From assembly GCA_964016885.1 (NCBI GenBank), contig OZ024740.1:219294001-219358000 (forward strand): 64,000 nucleotides of DNA. The letters run 5' to 3'. The first letter of the stretch is position 1. Each line of letters begins with the position of its first letter. Position numbers and translations under genes: made by a program. Source of the stretch: Eledone cirrhosa. Lineage: Eukaryota. Below are positions 50,167 to 62,896 of this stretch, in pieces. A model generated the notes under the pieces. It worked only from the letters and a program-made list of their open reading frames with translations, was not told where the DNA came from and did not search any database.

Positions 50167-53100
50167 CATATATATGATAGACTTAAACACAGCTGCTGTC
50201 TACCAAATTTTACTCACAAGACATTGGTCAACCTGAGACTATAGTAGAAGGGAAAACAGAAGTTAAATGATGATGATGGTGGTGGTTATTATATGTGTGT
50301 ATTTGTGTGTATGTAGTTAGTGTATTCATGATTGTAAGCTAAGGATTTGGATGTCTTTCATATTGATTGCTCTCAGCATCCTTATCTTCTACAAATTATA
50401 AGTTTGTTGTGGTATTGGAAAGTTCAAAAGAATTCTAGTACATATATTAATGTTAACATTTATGAATAAATATATCTTATATATTGCACCTAGATTTTAC
50501 ATATAACATTTACAATGCACCATATAATTTAAATTGGGGTTTTGTAGGTCTAGTAGATAAGTTGCATACTTTGAGAGGGAGCCCATGATTTTCAAAATGT
50601 GTGTTCCAAGCTATTGATTTTCTCCATAATTTACAATAATTTGGTATATTGCTTACTAGATATTTTTTTTTTTTTGCCATTATTCTTCAGTGAAGATGAA
50701 ACTAGCTGTGTTAAAAGCAAATTTAAAGTGCAGACATATAACGTGTTTTGAAGTGCAAGTGAGGAATTGATTAGCCAAAATTTGCTTTTTAGTATTCCTT
50801 GCCCAGCTGAAGACCGAAAACTGAATTTCTTCAGAACATCAAAAGCCTTATAAATTCGGTCATTTTTGTTATTATGTTTACTGCTGACATATGTGTATAT
50901 ATCTGACCTACTATATCAGATTCTATGTTGTTTCTTCTTTTCTACTTTGTTATTTCGATATTCTATTATCTCTCATAAGTTTCCTTCTCCCTTATTTTTT
51001 CTTTCTTCTGGCTGCAAGCCAGGAGAACTTTGCAAATAATTCTATCCTGTCTTTCTTTCAGCTGTTCTTACACCATTTGTTCTTTTTTTTATGTTTAGCT
51101 TTCTTCTTTTTCATTATTATTAAGATATTTTTTCTTCTTATTTCTTCCTCACACATTTCTATTTCTTTCTGCATGTTCCCTTCATTAATTCCAGATTAGT
51201 TATCTACGGAGGTGGTGATTGGAGATTGAATGAAGGACATTTGTAAATAAGTTATGCCTGACCTTGAATGACATATTTATTATGAATTGATTCACATGGT
51301 TGGGAGGAATTGTACTTTAAATATTTCTTTAACCCCTTTCTTATCGTATTTCTAAATAATTTTGAAAATAATCAAGAATTGTATACCTGGTGTTTGGGTT
51401 GTACTGTACCACATCACCCGTGGAAGAAGAAATAACATTTCATCTATTGACATTCAATCCTTCTACAATCACCCTTCATCTCTCTATTTCTTTTCCTCCA
51501 TCACTCTTTTACTACTCTACTTTTCTTCCATCAAGATACCTGTGTAATGTGTAACAAGGGATGACATTGAATTTGACCATATCTGATAGCTATTTCCCAC
51601 CCCCATTTCATTTTTCATTGGTACCTACTATTCTTATTTATCATCACCCATCTCTGTTGTAACCCCATTATGTTGCCAAGCTGTTTTTCTATTCAATCTT
51701 CTTACCAACAACCAGTATGCTGCTATCATTGTCTCTCTTCCATTACTCCCTCTCTTCCATTACTGTCTTTCTTCCATACGCTCTCTTTTTTATCCTTTTG
51801 GTTATCACTTTTTTTCTTGATTCACATGCTCAGTCATTTTTATCTTGAAAGAATAGAGACAATCTAAAACAGAGAGGATTCTTTAGTCTTGCATAGAACA
51901 AAGCACCCTCTGTAGTGCTGGTGCAATGATCAAATGCGCATAGTACATTCTATAGAGTGGCTAATCTTTGAATGGAGACAACATAGAGGAGAAAGGGCTA
52001 TTTAGTCTTGTTGAGGACATGAACAGATTTCTAGTGCTGGTTCTATTATAAAATGCACCCTGTACACTTTGTAAAGAATTTGATATTAGGAAAGTCATCC
52101 AACCCTAGAAACCACCCAAAAATGGAACTTGTGAGCAAGATGTGGTCTTACGACAGGGCAGCAACATATACTCTGTATTGTATATTAAGTATTATCTATT
52201 TGTTTATAAACTGTTTACATTTGAACATTTATATAGAAGCACACACACACATATATATACACATTCACACACATGTCACAGACATGTATATTTATGTATA
52301 CACATTTTATACATGTACATGAAAACACACACACATATGCACACACATAAAATGTCTATATATAAGCATATATATATTTGTACATTGTGTCGTTCCAACT
52401 GATATATATTACTGTAAGAAAATTAAAAATTCTGTCTGTTACTCTTCCTGAAGTGTAATTCACAAAACAGTTTACAAGATTACACTATATTAATTTCATA
52501 TGGAACAGCATCCAAATATTTTTGAAATGAGAACTTCAAATTTACAAAGCCAAGAGATAATTTTATTCAAAAATAGACATAAAATGATGATGATGATGAT
52601 GAAGACAATGGCACATTGACATATTTCAATTTCTCTTAAATTGATTTGGATATCTATCAAGATTGTTTGGGCTAAAATTGAATCTAAGTAAGAACCATCT
52701 TTACACTTAATTACATTTTCTTGTGCTATTTTTCTGATACATTTTCTATGTTCCTTTCATATATTTTAAGAATCTCAAATGGCTTAGAAATTCCTAAATA
52801 GTAAATGCTATTATCCTAATTTGAATATTGTTTAGTAAATTATAAAATTTAATTGAGCATTAGAAAAGTATAACTTCACTATTAACCATTTTGATACCAG
52901 ACCACACTACACAAACTGCCCATTATTTTATGGTACAATGCTGTTTATTTTAAAATGTTTATATTTATGTAAGAACTTTCTGTCATGATTTTACATAAGA
53001 ACATTTGTTAAGTTATGCTTCAAACATCTGCCTGAAATAGTTATATTATTAAATCTCTCCAAATTCTTCATTATTTTTTAAATTATTTGAAAATCATAGA

Positions 53101-53467
53101 CAGTTTATCTTATTAGAAATATGGTAATGAAAGGGTTAACGAGGATAACTAAACAACTCAATGAGTGATTGTGATTTGTGAGATACGCAATTGAAAAATT
53201 TGGTCTGTTGATATATTGATATATACGCTGCCAATAAAAAATACATGCACCTGTTGGGTTTCACCACAATTTATTATTATAATTTCCCAGTTGGTTAGTT
53301 TAATAACCAGATGGTTGTTTAGTTGTTGATTGTCAAAGCTCTATTATCACACATTCTGTGACCTCCTCAATGACAACTTTTGTTGTTACTTTGTCTCTCC
53401 TTTGTTCTGTTTTACACCATCTACACACACACACATGCGCACACACACACACACACATATATGTATG

Positions 53468-53519
<52 letters not shown>

Positions 53520-53520
<1 letters not shown>

Positions 53521-53952
53521 GAGAAATGGGCAGCAACTGCAGAAGATATGTGATGGCTGGAGAGAAATGAAGCAAGCATGCTCCGTTGGATGTGCAATGT
53601 CAGTGAGCGTGAATGACCAAGCATAGACGAGTTGAGAAAGAAACTGGGTATAAGAGGGATAAGTTGTGTGCAGGAAAGAGGACTGAGATGGTATGGACAT
53701 GTGATGCGCATGGAGGATGACCGCTTGGTAAAGAAGTGCCAAGAAATGCCAGTGGAAGGAAGAAGCAGTAGAGGTAGACCACGAAAAACATGGGCGGAGG
53801 TGGTGAGAGCAGACCTCAGATTGCTGAAACTCACGAAGGAGATGACGAAGGACCATGACAAGTGGAGAGATGCTGTGCTGAATAGGACCCGCCCAACCCT
53901 TGCAAGCAGAGAAAAGTGGACCTAAAAGGATGATGATGATGATGATGATGAT
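53520..53952 (+). mobile_element. RTE lineage C 3' fragment
   Basis: LRWYGHVMRMEDDRLVKKC...GRPRKTW; (TA)n on both sides. Confidence 0.88.
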
Positions 53953-54302
53953 ATATATCCACTGCTGCTATTATCCTACTGTTTCCCTTCTGGACAGGTC
54001 ACCAGACCATTCTAGGCTCTCTTTGTAGAGTGACAAAGTTAAATTGGATTGAAAGAAAACGATGACCATGATGATGATGATAATAATAATTATTATAATT
54101 ATCAACGGTCCTGTACTCACAATCATTTATCACCCTCTCCCTTTTTTTCTCAGACTTGTTTTTACCTTACTCATACTCCAATGTTCTACGATATGAATAC
54201 ATGCATAGATACATGCATGCATACATACATATATGCTTGCTTATGCACATATATTCATACATAAGATACACACGTACATACATATGTGCACACATACATA
54301 CA

Positions 54303-54635
54303 TGATGGTTGCCCCCTCGTTATCGAATATGGCCATTGCATGATATACCATTATTAATAATTATTAATTAATTCTATCGTGCAATGCCTGTGTGTGAAGA
54401 TATTTTTTAAAGTGAGGAAAGACTGCACTGAGTCAATCCCACTCTCTGAGCGACAGTTGCTATAACCCGAAAAGAAGAAAAGATCAACATCATCGGTAAC
54501 TACTGAGCCGCAGGTTTTATATCGGAGTTATCCAGGTTTCCTGAGCTGCCTTCTAGAAGAATGCCCTGAGAAAGGCTAGGGGTCCTTCACTCCCAGTGGT
54601 TTAACCGCGCGATCGGGTGTCCAGCCTGACTATTT
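54303..54635. mobile_element. Unclassified repeat (related piece at about 54880-55098), possibly an RTE-related non-autonomous element
   Basis: Both pieces share tttaa(a)gtg.ggaaa.gact...caatcccactctctgagc...cccgaaaag...tcaacatcat. Confidence 0.4.
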
Positions 54636-55681
54636 CTATGTCCCTGTGCATATACATACACATGCGCCCATGCATATACACATATACACACACATGTACA
54701 TGTGTATATACATATTTACACACTTTTGGATGGCCGTTGACCCTTATGAGTTCTTCCACCCTTTGTCAGTACATACATATGTATGTACATACATATGTAC
54801 ATACATATGCACATAGATACATACATATGTACATACATATGCACATAGATACATACATATATACATACATACATAGATGATGGCTGCAAACTCTGCTAAG
54901 AGTATTGCAGTCGTTTGTCAGATTACAGAAAATGGTGCACTTTTAGGCTACCGCCTGTCACATGAACCTGTAACAGATCCTGAACAAGCAATGTCTGTGC
55001 TTTGAAGGTTTTTTAAGTGGGGAAAGGACTTGCACGCGACCAATCCCACTCTCTGAGCATCGGAAACACTACCCGAAAAGGAGAACTGGTCAACATCATA
55101 CATACATACGTACATACCTACATACATGCATACATATATACATGCATGCATACATACAAACAGACAGATAGATAGACAGATAGATAGACAGCTAGATAGA
55201 TATAATGATGATTATATATGTATTCATACTGGGGAGTGTATCAGTTATAAATTCTAAATATATTTCCAATGTATGCAGTAGCACTGAAAATGTGTTCTCA
55301 TTTGATCCGATGTGAAAAAAGAAATGTGTATAGCTGAAATACAAAACAGACCTGATGTTAAATATGAAGTTAATATAGTAGTGGCCTTAAAAAACATAAA
55401 AACTGTTACAAGAAGTTAGATCAGCTAATTGAAATAACATCAGTAAACTGTAGTTACATTATTGATCTCTTTGACTAGGCAAATGGCCAATTTTCTTTCC
55501 TTTTAGTTGAATAAATGTAGCCAATTGAATGAACACAGCACAGTATTGGCACTACTTTTACAAACCCTGGTGGGGTTCACAAAGTAAAATCAATCCTGAC
55601 TGGATTTGAACTTGGTATAGCGAGGCTCAAAACTAATCTATATTATAGAAGCTGTGCAGCCATTTTGTCTGTTTGTCACCC

Positions 55682-55715
<34 letters not shown>

Positions 55716-55888
55716 ATTATCCCTTTACGTCCACATCTCCACGCTTGCATAATTATTATGTGCAGTGCTCAGGTGCACTATAACATATATGTATGTAAAA
55801 TAGCAATAATAAATACAAAGACAAAAATTCAGAGAAGACTTGATAAGAGGTTTATATATAGAGAGAGATATAAGCAATTATATATATA

Positions 55889-56173
55889 CAGGGAGACACA
55901 AAGCAGGCTTTGTTTACAAATGGCTAGCGAATTTGAAAATTAGGTAGTAACATGTGTTTATGTCGTATTTGACTGAATAGAATTAGTCTGTTTGCTAGGA
56001 TTTAAAAAAAAACCCTCTGAATGGAAAAGAGGATGAGTATTGATGTACATGTGACATGAACCCACATCTTTGGTTTGCTGGACCAATGGTAACACAGAGG
56101 GTTTTTTTAAATCCTAACTAATAGACTAATTCTATGTAGTCAAATACGGTATAAGCACATGTTACCACCTAAT
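55889..56173 (-). mobile_element. Fold-back element with one-sided tail in (TA)n
   Basis: Inverted arms 55939-56019 / 56095-56173, unique 50 nt on the left. Confidence 0.6.
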
Positions 56174-56189
56174 ATATACATATATATAC

Positions 56190-58776
56190 ATGCACCTCCC
56201 AACATAGACTGATAATTAGCGACCTAATAGTCAGGACGAGACGTACTAGACAGCAGAAGAGGACTATCCTCAGGAGAAAAATATGGAAGCTAAAGGACCC
56301 TACAGGCAGAAATAAATTTAAAAGCATATTACTTGATGCTTTCGACAGTAAGGAAGAACAATTAGAGTCGTACAATATAGAGGAACAGTGGGAATTCCTG
56401 AAAGCAAACCTGCTGATGGCGGCAGACGAAGTCTGTGGCTGGAGCAGACCTGTAGGCAGGAGGAGAGTAACATGGTGGTGGAACAGTAAGGTGGAGGAGT
56501 CAATTAAGGCCAAAAAGCAGGCTTGGAAAGTATGGCGGGATGGGGGAAGTAGAGAAGACTATCAAGTGGCCAGGAGTGAAGCTAGGAGACAAGTGTACTT
56601 TGCAAGAAGGGAAGTAGAGGAAAGAAAGTTCAAGCATGTTCTACAACGCGAGGACCAAAAACGTGAGGTGTTCAGGATTGCTAGGCAATGTGTCAAGGAA
56701 AACCGTGATATTGTCGGGGAGAAGTGTGTACTTAATGATGATGGTGTACTTGCCATCACTGACGCTGAAAAGAAGGTAGCTTGGAAGTGTCACTACGAAA
56801 GGCTACTAAATGAGGAGAATAAATGGGAGAAAGACAGTCTCCCCCACATCGACCCAATAGAGGGACCAGCAGTGTTAGTCGAAGGTAGTATAATAGGTAA
56901 GGCAATCAAAGATATGAAGACGGGTAAGGCGGCTGGGCCTTCGGAAATAGTTGCTGAGATGCTGAAAGCCTCTGGAACGGTGGGACACATCATGGTCACC
57001 CGGATAGTAAACCAAGTCATACAGAATGGGGTTGTTCCGAAGGACTGGCGTAGCAGCATCATCATTAACTGCTACAAGGGTAAAGGAGACACCCTAGATA
57101 GGAGTAACTATAGAGGCATTAAATTAATCGACCAGGTCATGAAGGTCATGGAAAAAGTAATAGCGCAACTAATCAGAGAGAGAATTGATCTAGATGAAAT
57201 GCAGTTCGGGTTTGTGTCAGGCAAAAGTACCACAAACGCTCTTTTCATTGTACGACAACTACAGGAGAAGTACCTAGCTAAAAGTAAACCCCTATACTTA
57301 GCTTTTGTCGACATGGAGAAAGCCTTCGACAGAGTTCCCCGTTCCATTATCTGGTGGGCTCTTAGAAAACTAGGTGTTGATGAATGACTTGTGAGAGCTA
57401 TACAAGCCATGTATAAAGAAACAGTCAGCAAGGTTAGAATTAACAACGAATATAGTGAAGAGTTTAACGTAAAAGTTGGTGTTCATCAGGGCTCTGTTCT
57501 TAGCCCCCTACTATTTATTATTGCCCTTCAGGCTATAACAGCAGAGTTCAAGACCGGCTGCCCATGGGAACTCCTATACGCAGATGATCTAACGCTCATA
57601 GCTGAATCAATGGCCGAGCTAGAGAAGAAATTCCAAACATGGAAGCACAGCCTAGAATCAAAAGGCCTTAAAATTAACCTGGCTAAGACTAAAGTTCTAG
57701 TTTTAGGAAAGAAAATAAGGCGCCGGTCCCTTCCGGGAAATGGCCATGCTCAGTGTGTAGGAAAGGCGTAGGTAGAAACTCCATTTTATGTCCCAAATGC
57801 AAAATATGGGTTCTATAGAAATAGTGGACAGCTTCCGTTACCTGGGTGACAAAATCAGCAGTGGGGGAGGGTGCTCTGAAAGTACAGTAGCTAGAGTCAG
57901 AACTGGATGGAAAAAGTTCAGAGAGTTTATACCACTATTAGCCGCTAAAGGGTTCTCCCTAAAAATGAAAGGCAGGCTGTATGATGCCTGCATACGAACA
58001 GCAATGTTGCATGGCAGTGAGACCTGGGCATTGTGTGCAGAGGATATACACAGACTAGAGAGGAACGAAGCTTGCATGCTCCGCTGGATGTGTAATAGTA
58101 ATATACGCGAATGGCAAAGCATAAACGAACTAAGGGAAAAATTAGAAATAAGAGGGATCAGATGTTTACTCAAGAGAAGGCTACGTTGGTATGGTCACAT
58201 GATGCGCATGAAAGATGACAGCTGTATAAAAAAGTGCAGGGCAATAAAGATAGACGGTAGCCACGGAGTAGGCAGACCCAGAAAAACCTGGACGACCTGA
58301 TAAATTCCGACCTCACACACTTACACCTCTCCAAGACAATGTCACTGGACCGAGATCTTTGGCGGTACTCAGTAATAGAGAAGACCCGCTTTACCTAAAT
58401 ACAAAGTAAAACCTACTACAGTCAGTAGGCATCTCTAACAAAATACACCCCCGTCCCATCCACACTGCCCCTTTCAATGTAAAGTTATGTTGGTGCCACA
58501 ACATCCAGGCCGAAACAAATGAGATCGTGTAGGTGTCACGACAAAAAAACACACAGTCCACGCTGTAATGTGGCCGTGTAGGCAACACGGTAAAAACCTC
58601 CCAGCCCCACACTGTAAATGTGGTTGGTGTTAGGAAGGGCATCCAGCTATAGAAAACCCACCAGACAGTCCTATGCGAGCAAGACAACCACTCTTGCCTC
58701 AAGTGGGAAAACTCCCGTCCAAACCCATGCAAGCGTGGAACACGGACGTTAAACGTTGATGATGATGATGATGATG

Positions 58777-58778
<2 letters not shown>
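56190..58778 (+). mobile_element. Longest RTE LINE (lineage B), 5'-truncated and disrupted
   Basis: RT motifs KAAGPSEI, NYRGIKL, QFGF, FVDMEKAFDRV, GVHQGSVLSPLLF, LLYADD; stop at 57385-57387, frameshift near 57715, 130-bp deletion near 57810; 3'UTR and (GAT)n. Confidence 0.95.
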
Positions 58779-58822
<44 letters not shown>

Positions 58823-58826
<4 letters not shown>

Positions 58827-59595
58827 TCATCATCATCATCATCGTTTAACGTCCATGTTCCACGCTTGCATGGGTTTGGACGGGAGTTTTCCCACTTGAG
58901 GCAAGAGTGGTTGTCTTGCTCGCATAGGACTGTCTGGCGGGTTTTCTATAGCTGGATGCCCTTCCTAACACCAACCACATTTACAGTGTGGGGCTGGGAG
59001 GTTTTTACCGTGTTGCCTACACGGCCACATTACAGTATGGACTCTCTGGCGGGTTTTCTACAGCTGGATGCCCTTCCTAACACCAACCACATTTACAGTG
59101 TGGGGCTGGGAGGTTTTTACAGTGTTGCCTACACGGCCACATTACAGCGTGGACTGTGTGTTTTTTTGTCGTGACACCTACACGATCTCATTTGTTTCGG
59201 CCTGGATGTTGTGGCACCAACATAACTTTACATTGAAAGGGGCGGTGTGGATGGGGTGGGGGTGGTGGGACGGGGCTGTATTTTGTTAGAGATGCCTACT
59301 GACTGTAGTAGGTTTTACTTTGTATTTAGGTAAGGCGGGTCTTCTCTATTACTGAGTACCGCCAAAGGTCTCGGTCCAGTGACATTGTCTTGGAGAGGTG
59401 TAAGTGTGTGAGGTCGGAATTTATCAGCTCGTCCCAGGTTTTTCTGGGTCTGCCTACTCCGTGGCTACCGTCTATCTTTATTACCCTGCACTTTGTTATA
59501 CAGCTATAGTCTTTCATGCGCATCACGTGACCATACCAACGTAGCCTTCTCTCGAGTAAACAACATCTGATCCCTCTTATTTCTAATTTTTCCTT
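58823..59595 (-). mobile_element. RTE lineage B 3' fragment with a 112-bp internal tandem duplication
   Basis: Reverse complement of 58133-58778; duplicated unit 58927-59038 / 59039-59150. Confidence 0.92.
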
Positions 59596-59792
59596 TATAT
59601 ATATATATATATAAGATTAAAATACTAGAGTGCGTTGGACTTAAACATATATATATATATATTTATATCTCTATATATATATGGTGGGCTTCTTCACAGC
59701 TTTCAGTTATTAGATTCACTACTCACAAAACACTGGTCAGTGTGATGCTATAGTCAAAGACACTTGACCAAGGTACCAGACAGTGTGATTAT

Positions 59793-60014
59793 CCCTTTAG
59801 CATTCACATTACTCTATATTTACTATTGTATTATCACAGAAAAGGCTTTATTTCACATAATTATCTCACATAATATCGAATCTACAAGATTTTGATATTA
59901 TTTATTTTGAGAACAACACCTTAACATTGGTATGTGTGGCTGGTTAATGACCGGTTTGAACAGAAAGAGGTGAGAGAATTCTAGCTGGATGTGGCTGGTT
60001 TAAATGCTAAAGGT
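59793..60014. mobile_element. piggyBac-type MITE (family I) nested in a SINE family 3 copy
   Basis: Reverse orientation relative to 14261-14480; splits the SINE at gtgtgatt|aaacctg. Confidence 0.8.
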
Positions 60015-60385
60015 TTAAACCTGAAACGAACCACATTGTTGTGGAGCAAACATCTTAAGTTTTAACCACACAACTACACCCGCATCTATATTGCTACATA
60101 TTATCAGTTATAACAGCTTTACTAGAGTGTAAACTGAAATTTACCTATTCTCTCTCTCTGTCTTTTAGCTACAATTCAATAACCAAAAAACATTATACTG
60201 AAATACTGAAATATGTAGGCAAAGCACATTTCCTTATTTGTAACATTCCAGTTTAGTATAATTCTAGAAACTCCATTTCACGGTTGGATAACAAGAATTA
60301 GGAATGTCATCCAACCATAACAAGTAAATGTAATTCATGCAAAATGCCATAATTTTCGATGCTTATAATTGGAAAGTGCTCATAA

Positions 60386-60528
60386 TTTTCTTTCTTTCTT
60401 TCTTTTCTTTCTTTCTTCTTTTTTCTTTCTTTTTTCTTCCCCTTTCTTTCTTTTTTTTTCTTTCTTTTTCTTTCTTTCTTTTTCTTTCTTTCTTTTTCTT
60501 TCTTTCTTTTTCTTTCTTTCTTTTTTTT
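60386..60528. repeat. (TTTC)n polypyrimidine tract
   Basis: Direct inspection. Confidence 0.92.
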
Positions 60529-61272
60529 TAGAAAAGAAAAACAGAAAAGTGCAACAATCATTCTTTTTGTTGTTTTCCCCCATCTTCTGTTATCTTAATA
60601 TTTTAACATATTTCAAATCCAAATTTGTATAGTAGGATGTGAAACAACAGATACTAAATGAATAATGAAGGAGCCCCAATGAAGGTGTTTGATCTGCTAG
60701 AGTCAGCAATGAAATCTCTTTTAAAGGCCAATTTACCATTTTTTTTAAATTGGTGAATATACTGAATAAATTAGTTTAGGATATAATATGCCTGAAAAGA
60801 CTGTAGGGATATTTACACCCAGGAATGCCTGGCACATTATGAAAGTTTAGTACAAAGGAATGTTAAAAAAAACACAAGGTCCAACACTAGACACAGATGA
60901 AATCTGAAAGCAATAAATGTGCTTTAAAAAGACTTCAAATTCTCTAGAAGGATGTTTCATGTCATAATACTGACACAAATACAACCAAACAACACCATTT
61001 ACCAAAACATTACAGAAGATAAATCTAACTGGTGATGAAATTTGTAAAGTGGTTGCTGTTAAGAAAGGCACCCAGGCATAAAAATATGCCAAATAAGGCT
61101 GAAGACTCCTCAGCTGTGTCTAGGACATAACAACCTCCCTAGTGCTGCTGCACCCAATATACCATGTAAGACCCTGTAAGGTGATTGGTGATAGGAATAG
61201 CATTCAGCTGTAGATACTATGTCAAAATTGGAAGAAATGTGAGTGAGATGAGGCCTCTGGCTAGTCTAGAAG

Positions 61273-61464
61273 AATAATTGTTTCTACTTTTAGCACAAGG
61301 CCATCAATTACCCAGTGCATTACTGGTACTTTATTTTATCGACCCCGTAAGGATGAAAGGCAAAGTTAACCTCGGCGGGATTTGAACTCAGACCGCAAAG
61401 GGACGTAACTATGCTGGAAAGCATGGCGCCCGACCCTCAACCGATACTGCCAATCCACCGTCCC
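61273..61464 (-). mobile_element. Full-length SINE family 1 with 18-bp TSD
   Basis: TSD ctagtctagaagaataat at 61261-61278 and 61465-61482. Confidence 0.9.
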
Positions 61465-62705
61465 CTAGTCTAGAAGAATAATGGCTCTGATTATGTACTG
61501 ACTGGGTCTGTAACAGCCCATATTATATTTCATTAATCCAGAAAGGACACAAAGGAAAGTGGGATTTGATCTCAGTGTGCAGATAGCGAGAACAAATACC
61601 ATGTTATGCTTTAACACCTCAGACAATATACCAATAAGACATCATACACCATGCTGATAAAGCACTGATAACATACATAAAAATTTCACACTCAATATAA
61701 AGATGCCATAAACAACACTTGAAAACTTATAGGACATAACAACACATTAGAAAAGCAAGTTTTCAAAATAAATTGTAACATATAAATGTAATAAACATCT
61801 CCCCCTCTCTCTCTCTCTATATATATATATATATGTATGTAAAAGGAAATATATATATATATATATGTATGTAAAACAGAAATAATAACACAAACGGTAC
61901 AGTATATGGAAGGAATATATTAGTTTAACACTTGAAATAGCTGGAAGAGGGTCTTCACCAGAAGAAAGAATGAGAAATTAGAAAGATTGAAGGGATGGGC
62001 AGGGCAGAATCAGAAACACATTTTTTAAAGAAAAATAACAGGTCCATTCATGATGCTGGCGTTTTTTTAGAAAAGTAAATGATGGAATGCGTCAATCTGA
62101 AAGGGAAAAAAACTGTTTTGAATATAGAGCTATACGTGTGTGCATATACATTGTGTGTGTGTGTGATATTATTCATCCATACGAAGCTAAGAGAATATGT
62201 AAGTAAAAGAGTGTATGTGTGTGCTTGTAAGTATGAAGCTGTGAGCAAAAGCATGTTAATATAAGAGTGAGCATGTGTATACAGAGCTGTGAAGGGAAAA
62301 GTAGAGGTGTGTGTGTATATTTAGTTGGTATGTATCAGCTGTAAGAGTATATGTTTCTGACCATAAGAGAGCCATAGGAATCTAGGGGTGAATGCACAAG
62401 TGTGTGTGTGACAACGGACGGAGTAAACGGGACGGTGGCAAGAAGTAGAGAAGTAAGCACGAATGTATATGTGTAATATTAAACAAACTAGCTGGCCCTG
62501 TGCCGCCAAAAATAATGGCTGATTGTAATATGTATACATAGTATAAAAAAAGAGATGTTTGTTTGTTGGTTGATTGGTTCCTTCATGCTCACTCACACAA
62601 GTGGTACAAACATACATACACAGTCAATGTGTGTAGCCAAATCAATCCACACACAAACACACAGCTGTGATGAATCTTAGAATGCTGGATTCTATAGTTT
62701 CTCAG

Positions 62706-62739
<34 letters not shown>

Positions 62740-62896
62740 TTCCTCAGTCATCACATAGATGTGTGTGTATGTAATAATTATTTTTTCTAAGTGTATCTGT
62801 TTATATATATGTATGTGTAGATTCGTGTGTGTTTGTAATTCTATTATCTATGTATCTTTTAAAATAAACACACACAAACACATATACTTACACAAA

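Noticed and set aside
57800-57820. 130-bp RTE deletion as a spliced-out GT-AG intron
   Set aside because: Splicing at the available GT and AG would leave four G residues; three are observed, which fits GGGT microhomology
60307-60632. Lys/Glu/Arg-rich and Phe-rich ORFs
   Set aside because: (TTTC)n tract
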